From the sequence record DRR723986_4205: 64,000 nucleotides of DNA; one strand, given 5' to 3'. Shown here in pieces: positions 59,494 to 64,000 of the stretch. Below the pieces are notes generated by a model that ran no database searches, had not been told where the DNA came from, and worked only from the letters and a program-made list of their open reading frames with translations. The first letter of the stretch is position 1; the number at the start of each line of letters is the position of its first letter. The position numbers were made by a program, and so were the translations under genes.

Positions 59494-60981
59494 ATGACTG
59501 GCTATCGACAAGGTTGGGAACAGCTACTGGCGGAGCTGGCGCAGCGTACGGCGAGCGCCGAAGCCATGGGCGGCGCAGAGAAGATCGCGCGCCAACACCA
59601 GCAGGGGCGGCTCACAGCCCGGGAACGAATCGCCGGCCTCTGCGATACCGGCAGTTTTAATGAGTACGGCGCATTGGCCGGCGGCAATCATCCGGGTGGG
59701 GAGGCGCCGCTGCCAGCGGATGCCCTGGTTGCCGGCGTCGGCCGGATCGATGGACGCCCTGTAGCCCTGCTGGCTGAGGATTTCACGGTCAAAGGCGGGT
59801 CTATAGGTCACCCCAACGCCGCCAAACGCGCCCGACTGGTGCGCCTCGCACTGGAGCAGCAAATCCCCCTCGTCCTGATGCTCGACGGCGCCGGTGAGCG
59901 CGCCGGCAACCAGGCTGAGCGCTATCCCAATGCCCCCGGAGACCTGCAGCTGGTTGCCGACCTCAAGGGACAGGTCCCGGTAGTGACCCTCGTGCTGGGG
60001 ACATCCGCTGGGCATGGGGCCCTGACCGGCATGTTCGCAGACCTGATTATCATGTCGGCCGGCGCCACCCTGTTTACCGCCGGGCCTCCCCTGGTGAAGG
60101 CGGCCCTCGGTATCGAGACGACCCCCGAGGCTCTGGGTAACGCGGTCATGCATACCGGCGCTAGCGGCGTGGCACACCAGCTGGGCCAGACCGAGCAGGA
60201 TTGCCTGGCGATGGCACGCTACTTCTTATCCCTGCTGCCCACGCGCAGCGGCGAAGCGCTGCCCGACTACCGGGGCAGCGCCGACTGCGAGCCGCGAGCG
60301 ATCGACGGCCTGCTGGATATTATTCCCCCGGAAGTAAACCAGCCCTACGACATGCACCGGGTGCTGGCGCTGCTGGTCGACAAGGACAGCCTGTTTGAGT
60401 TGCAGCCGGACTACGGCCGCAATCTGGTCGTGGCCCTGTGCAGGATCGGCGGCCGCCCCTGCCTGCTACTGGCCAATCAACCGGCCCGGCAGGCAGGCGC
60501 TATCACCAGTGAGGCCGCCGAGAAAGCGGCCCATTTCATCGAGGTGGCGCACGCCTTTGGCCTGCCGCTGGTATCGCTGCTGGACAACCCAGGCGTGATG
60601 CCCGGGCCAGATGCGGAACGCGGTGGGGTGTTGAAATCTGCGGCCCGGATGTTCGCTGCCCAGCGCCGCTACCGTGGCACCAAGATCGTGGTGACCTTGC
60701 GCAAGGCTTTCGGCTTTGGCAGTTCGGTGATGGGCATGAACCCATGGGATCGACAGGCTATCAGCCTCGCCCTGCCCACGGTGAGCCTCGGCGGTGTACC
60801 CGCCATTGGCGGCGCCCAGGCCGCCGGGGCCAGTGAAGAAGCGGCCGCTAAAATGCGTGAGCTTCAGTCCGGGGCGTGGATCCCGGCGGATGCGATGGCC
60901 TTCGACAAGGTCATCGATCCGCGCCAACTGCGCAACGAAATCATTCTCGCGCTGCGCCTGACCGAACCCGAATCCGGCTAG
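59494..60981 (+). CDS. Acyl-CoA carboxylase carboxyltransferase subunit
   Basis: GRLTARERI, DFTVKGGS, LDGAGER, LFTAGPPLV, ANQP, DNPGVMPG, RKAFG. Confidence 0.88.
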   Translation: MTGYRQGWEQLLAELAQRTASAEAMGGAEKIARQHQQGRLTARERIAGLCDTGSFNEYGALAGGNHPGGEAPLPADALVAGVGRIDGRPVALLAEDFTVKGGSIGHPNAAKRARLVRLALEQQIPLVLMLDGAGERAGNQAERYPNAPGDLQLVADLKGQVPVVTLVLGTSAGHGALTGMFADLIIMSAGATLFTAGPPLVKAALGIETTPEALGNAVMHTGASGVAHQLGQTEQDCLAMARYFLSLLPTRSGEALPDYRGSADCEPRAIDGLLDIIPPEVNQPYDMHRVLALLVDKDSLFELQPDYGRNLVVALCRIGGRPCLLLANQPARQAGAITSEAAEKAAHFIEVAHAFGLPLVSLLDNPGVMPGPDAERGGVLKSAARMFAAQRRYRGTKIVVTLRKAFGFGSSVMGMNPWDRQAISLALPTVSLGGVPAIGGAQAAGASEEAAAKMRELQSGAWIPADAMAFDKVIDPRQLRNEIILALRLTEPESG

Positions 60982-61184
60982 CGACCGTCCCGGGCGGGCG
61001 TTGCCTTAGGCTTGGCCAGGCTGGGCTGGCCGCTGATCCCGGACTCGATCACATCGATCTTGTTGCCGGACTTGAGAAAGGCCTGGACCTGCTCCTGGAT
61101 GGACTCGGAGGTTTCAACGGCTGCCGGCGCTTTCTTCTTGGAAGTGCGGTGAGTAAGAGGGGAACGCTTGGGTTTCGCTGGCAT
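60978..61184 (-). CDS. Small protein resembling the SutA RNA-polymerase-binding domain
   Basis: 68 aa. IQEQVQAFLKSGNKIDVIESG resembles the SutA core (..EEFLSRGGKVQEI..) as I recall it. AAGGA SD. Confidence 0.55.
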   Translation of the reverse strand: MPAKPKRSPLTHRTSKKKAPAAVETSESIQEQVQAFLKSGNKIDVIESGISGQPSLAKPKATPARDGR

Positions 61185-61353
61185 GAAGTTTCCTTACTGT
61201 GACGGGAAAACCGCCTAGTATACACCAACCGCTCTCCCGATGTGCAATTTGTTGCAGCCTCCGCCCTGTAAACCGTCTGGAAAAGCACTGGCGAGATCCA
61301 TGCAGGCTTAACTACACTGCATCTACGACCAGCCAATGGAAGGCACCTGTCAC

Positions 61354-62637
61354 ATGGATCTGACTCTCTCTCGCAACGCCGCTGCACGCTTTGGCACCGG
61401 CAGTCTGATGTATTTCGCCCAGGGCCTGCCGCGAGGGCTGCTTGGCATCGCGATGCCAACCTGGCTGGCGGCACAGGGAGTGAGCGCCTCCGAGATTGCC
61501 TCCTACCTCGCCATCATAATTCTCCCCTGGGTCTTCAAACTGCTCAGCGGACCACTCATGGACCGCTACCAATTCCTGCCCATGGGTCGCCGCCGCCCAT
61601 GGGTGCTGGGCGCACAGCTGGGCCTGACCCTGAGCCTGCTGGCCCTGCTGCTGATCGACAATCCCGCCGAGCAGATTGGCCTGCTGATGCTGTGCGGCGT
61701 GCTGATCAACATATTTGCCGCCACCCAGGACGTTGCGGTGGACGGCATGGCTATCGAACTGGTCCCCGAGCAGGAACAGGGTCGGCTCAATGCCTTCATG
61801 AGCTTCGGCAAGGCCATCGGCTGGGCTTCGAGCTCCGCAGTATCCGGGGTCATGCTGGTGACCTGGGGGCTGGGCCCTACCGCGATCCTCGCAGCGATCG
61901 TCGCCGGACTGATCCTGCTTGCTGTGCTGTTTGTTCGCGAGCGCGAGGGCGAGCGCCTGCTGCCCTGGTCGCGAGGCGAGGCCGCTACGGTTGCAGCAGA
62001 AGACCGTTCGTTTACCAGCGTATTCCGTGGACTGAACAGCGTGCTTTGGACCCGGGTCAGCATTGTCGTGCTGCTCATCATGTTTTTCGACGGCCTGGTG
62101 GCTGGCTACGGCCATGCCCTGATGCCGATTGCCGCAGTCAAGCTGTTCGGGTTCACCACGCCTGAGTGGTCCCAGCTGGTCGCAAGCATGGGGCTGGTCG
62201 GGGCGGTGCTCTCGCTGGCCATCGGTCCGCTGATCGATCGTTTTGGCGCCAAGCGCATGCTGCTGTTCACTGTCTCATTGGTAGCGGTACACGCCTTCGT
62301 GCTCGCCCAGACCCAGCACCTGTGGCAGGACACAAGCTATGTTCGGGTAATGCTATCGATCTGGGTTTTGATGGAGCCGATAACCATGGTCTGCGCGATA
62401 GCCCTGGCCATGGCCATCTGCTCGGCACAGGTCTCAGCCACCCAGTTCGCCATTTACATGTCGGCAGCCAATTTGGGGGCGTCGGTAGGCTCCAAGGCCT
62501 ATGGCATGGTCGCGGAGCAAACTACCTACGTGGAAAACTACCTGCTGCTGGGCGCCTTCGTCCTGATCAGCCTTGGCGCTGTATTCCTCCACCGCAATCC
62601 GGCACCGGCGGCGCCCGCCAGCGAAGCTGCGCATTAG
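61354..62637 (+). CDS. MFS transporter, AmpG/RhtX-like
   Basis: MYFAQGLP.G, LPWVFKLL.GPLMD, GRRRPW, ATQDVAVDG, ATQFAIYMS..NLG. Confidence 0.85.
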   Translation: MDLTLSRNAAARFGTGSLMYFAQGLPRGLLGIAMPTWLAAQGVSASEIASYLAIIILPWVFKLLSGPLMDRYQFLPMGRRRPWVLGAQLGLTLSLLALLLIDNPAEQIGLLMLCGVLINIFAATQDVAVDGMAIELVPEQEQGRLNAFMSFGKAIGWASSSAVSGVMLVTWGLGPTAILAAIVAGLILLAVLFVREREGERLLPWSRGEAATVAAEDRSFTSVFRGLNSVLWTRVSIVVLLIMFFDGLVAGYGHALMPIAAVKLFGFTTPEWSQLVASMGLVGAVLSLAIGPLIDRFGAKRMLLFTVSLVAVHAFVLAQTQHLWQDTSYVRVMLSIWVLMEPITMVCAIALAMAICSAQVSATQFAIYMSAANLGASVGSKAYGMVAEQTTYVENYLLLGAFVLISLGAVFLHRNPAPAAPASEAAH

Positions 62638-62668
62638 GCGGCAGCTGCCGCCGCCCGGGGACGGGTGC

Positions 62669-63706
62669 TCATCGACCCAGCGGCAGGCCTTCCCAGCCGC
62701 CGGCTGCTAACAGTTCTCGCAACTGCCGGGGCCGGTAACTCGGGTCAAGCTCGTAACGGCGCTGCACGCTCGGGTGGATAAGGGTTGGCTTCCCGGGCAC
62801 CAGCAGCTGCCGGTGCCGCGGCCGTTTGAGCCGGTAGACATGCCGTCGTGACCGATGCAGCGGGGCAAGCACACCGTCACTGAGCCCCGCCCTGAGATGG
62901 GGCTCCAGCTTGAGACCCGCAGCCTCGGCCTCGTCGAGCATCCATGCCAGGGCGGTATCAGACACCTCGGCACCGCTGACCGGGTCCGGGCCATAGCTCC
63001 CGCCAACGTCACCGTGTACACCGGCAAACCAGACCTGCTTCATGTCGATACCGGCCTGCGGCAACCAGACGGTGGGCTCGAAGTCCTCGCGCTGCTCGTC
63101 GATAGCCAGCGCGTGGCGCGCAACGTCGACGTTGCGCCCGGGCTTGGTGTCGTAAAATTCGTCGTGGCTCTCGAGCAGCCCCATCAGGCTGAAGGGAATG
63201 CCAAGCGCACCCACGGTATCCCAGACCCCGACAAAAGCCACACGCCGGCTACGCTGCGCATGCTGCCGCCGGAACTCCCGAGCCGCCTCTCCCCGAGGGC
63301 GGTTGTCATTACTCGGGCTCTTGTAAATCTCCCAGGCGCGCTGCACCAGCCGTGCATCTGGCCGGCGGACAATGCCACAGTTATTGATCAGACCACAGAG
63401 CGCGCGCACGGTATAAGCGCCGCGACTGAAGCCAAACAGGAACAGGCGGTCGCCGGGCGCGAAATTCTGGACGATATAGCGGTAGCCATCGAGGATATTC
63501 TTGTGCAGGCCGACACCGGTTGCGCCAGCGCTGAGTGCATTGTGATAGGAACCCAGGCCCCAATCGTAGAATACGTGCTGTTTGGTCCCGCCTGAACAGG
63601 GCGTTACTGCTCGCGCCAGCTTCAGCACATTGCTCGCATGGTCTTTCGCCAGATCCTCTTCCGGCCGGTTCCAGGTGCCGTCCGCGCAAATAACGATATT
63701 CGCCAA
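62669..63706 (-). CDS. DUF2235 (Tle1-like alpha/beta-hydrolase) domain protein
   Basis: IVICADGTWN, SNV.KL, LFGFSRGAYTVR (GxSxG), GVWDTVG, HALAIDE.R, WFAGVHGDVGG. TTG start after GAGGTG. Confidence 0.88.
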   Translation of the reverse strand: MANIVICADGTWNRPEEDLAKDHASNVLKLARAVTPCSGGTKQHVFYDWGLGSYHNALSAGATGVGLHKNILDGYRYIVQNFAPGDRLFLFGFSRGAYTVRALCGLINNCGIVRRPDARLVQRAWEIYKSPSNDNRPRGEAAREFRRQHAQRSRRVAFVGVWDTVGALGIPFSLMGLLESHDEFYDTKPGRNVDVARHALAIDEQREDFEPTVWLPQAGIDMKQVWFAGVHGDVGGSYGPDPVSGAEVSDTALAWMLDEAEAAGLKLEPHLRAGLSDGVLAPLHRSRRHVYRLKRPRHRQLLVPGKPTLIHPSVQRRYELDPSYRPRQLRELLAAGGWEGLPLGR

Positions 63707-63819
63707 GATATCCACCTCATCCGATATGCTATTGAAAGAGTATAGACAGCAGCCTGCAAACATTATCGAACCTTCAGCCAGACCTGCAGTCAGACCAACA
63801 CTCACTTCCCGGAGGCAAC

Positions 63820-64000
63820 ATGCGATTCTCCCTGATTATTAGCCTGCTTATCCTTGCCCTGGGCCAACCGGCCCGCGCTGCCACGGAACAGGCGATCTTT
63901 GCCGGTGGCTGCTTCTGGTGCATGGAGTCCGCCTACCAGGAAATGACAGGCGTTGTGGACGTGGTATCCGGTTTTACCGGTGGCGAACTGCCCAACCCGA
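63820..64000 (+). CDS. msrA: Peptide-methionine (S)-S-oxide reductase MsrA with signal peptide (runs off the right edge)
   Basis: Not in the ORF track. Translation [45 protein letters not shown] contains the GCFWC motif. GGAGG SD. Confidence 0.9.
   Translation, partial: MRFSLIISLLILALGQPARAATEQAIFAGGCFWCMESAYQEMTGVVDVVSGFTGGELPNP

Noticed and set aside
63707-63805. N-terminal extension of the DUF2235 ORF to 63805
   Set aside because: The domain starts at NIVICADGT just after a TTG with a GAGGTG SD. The extension covers the divergent promoter region shared with msrA.

Overview
GC-rich gammaproteobacterial chromosomal segment. Gene content and style suggest a marine Cellvibrionales/Halieaceae-like organism (inference). 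The left third is conserved core: argO/LysE, dusA, tal, an rssC-rssB-like pair, mlaA, hrpA, fadD, MaoC, mnmC, glutaminyl cyclase, an M16 peptidase and a CpxRA-like two-component system. It also carries an HvfABC-type MNIO (DUF692) RiPP operon whose precursor has eight EGKCG motifs. The most notable element is a compact minus-strand operon at 23311-25543. It encodes an outer-membrane beta-barrel, a 102-aa peptide with a Sec signal plus an internal double-glycine-like leader, a small membrane protein (candidate immunity) and a stand-alone exported C39 peptidase. This looks like a Fap-like, ABC-transporter-independent peptide/microcin export system. The right half is mostly lipid/steroid-type catabolic genes (SDRs, LLMs, OYEs, SnoaL/NTF2, Rieske oxygenase, BVMO, CoA ligase, TonB-dependent receptor), transporters, a cold-shock gene, a SutA-like protein, DUF2235 and a partial msrA. 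I recognised no rRNA, tRNA, CRISPR array, integrase or transposase. All family calls come from motif recognition by eye; no database searches were run.
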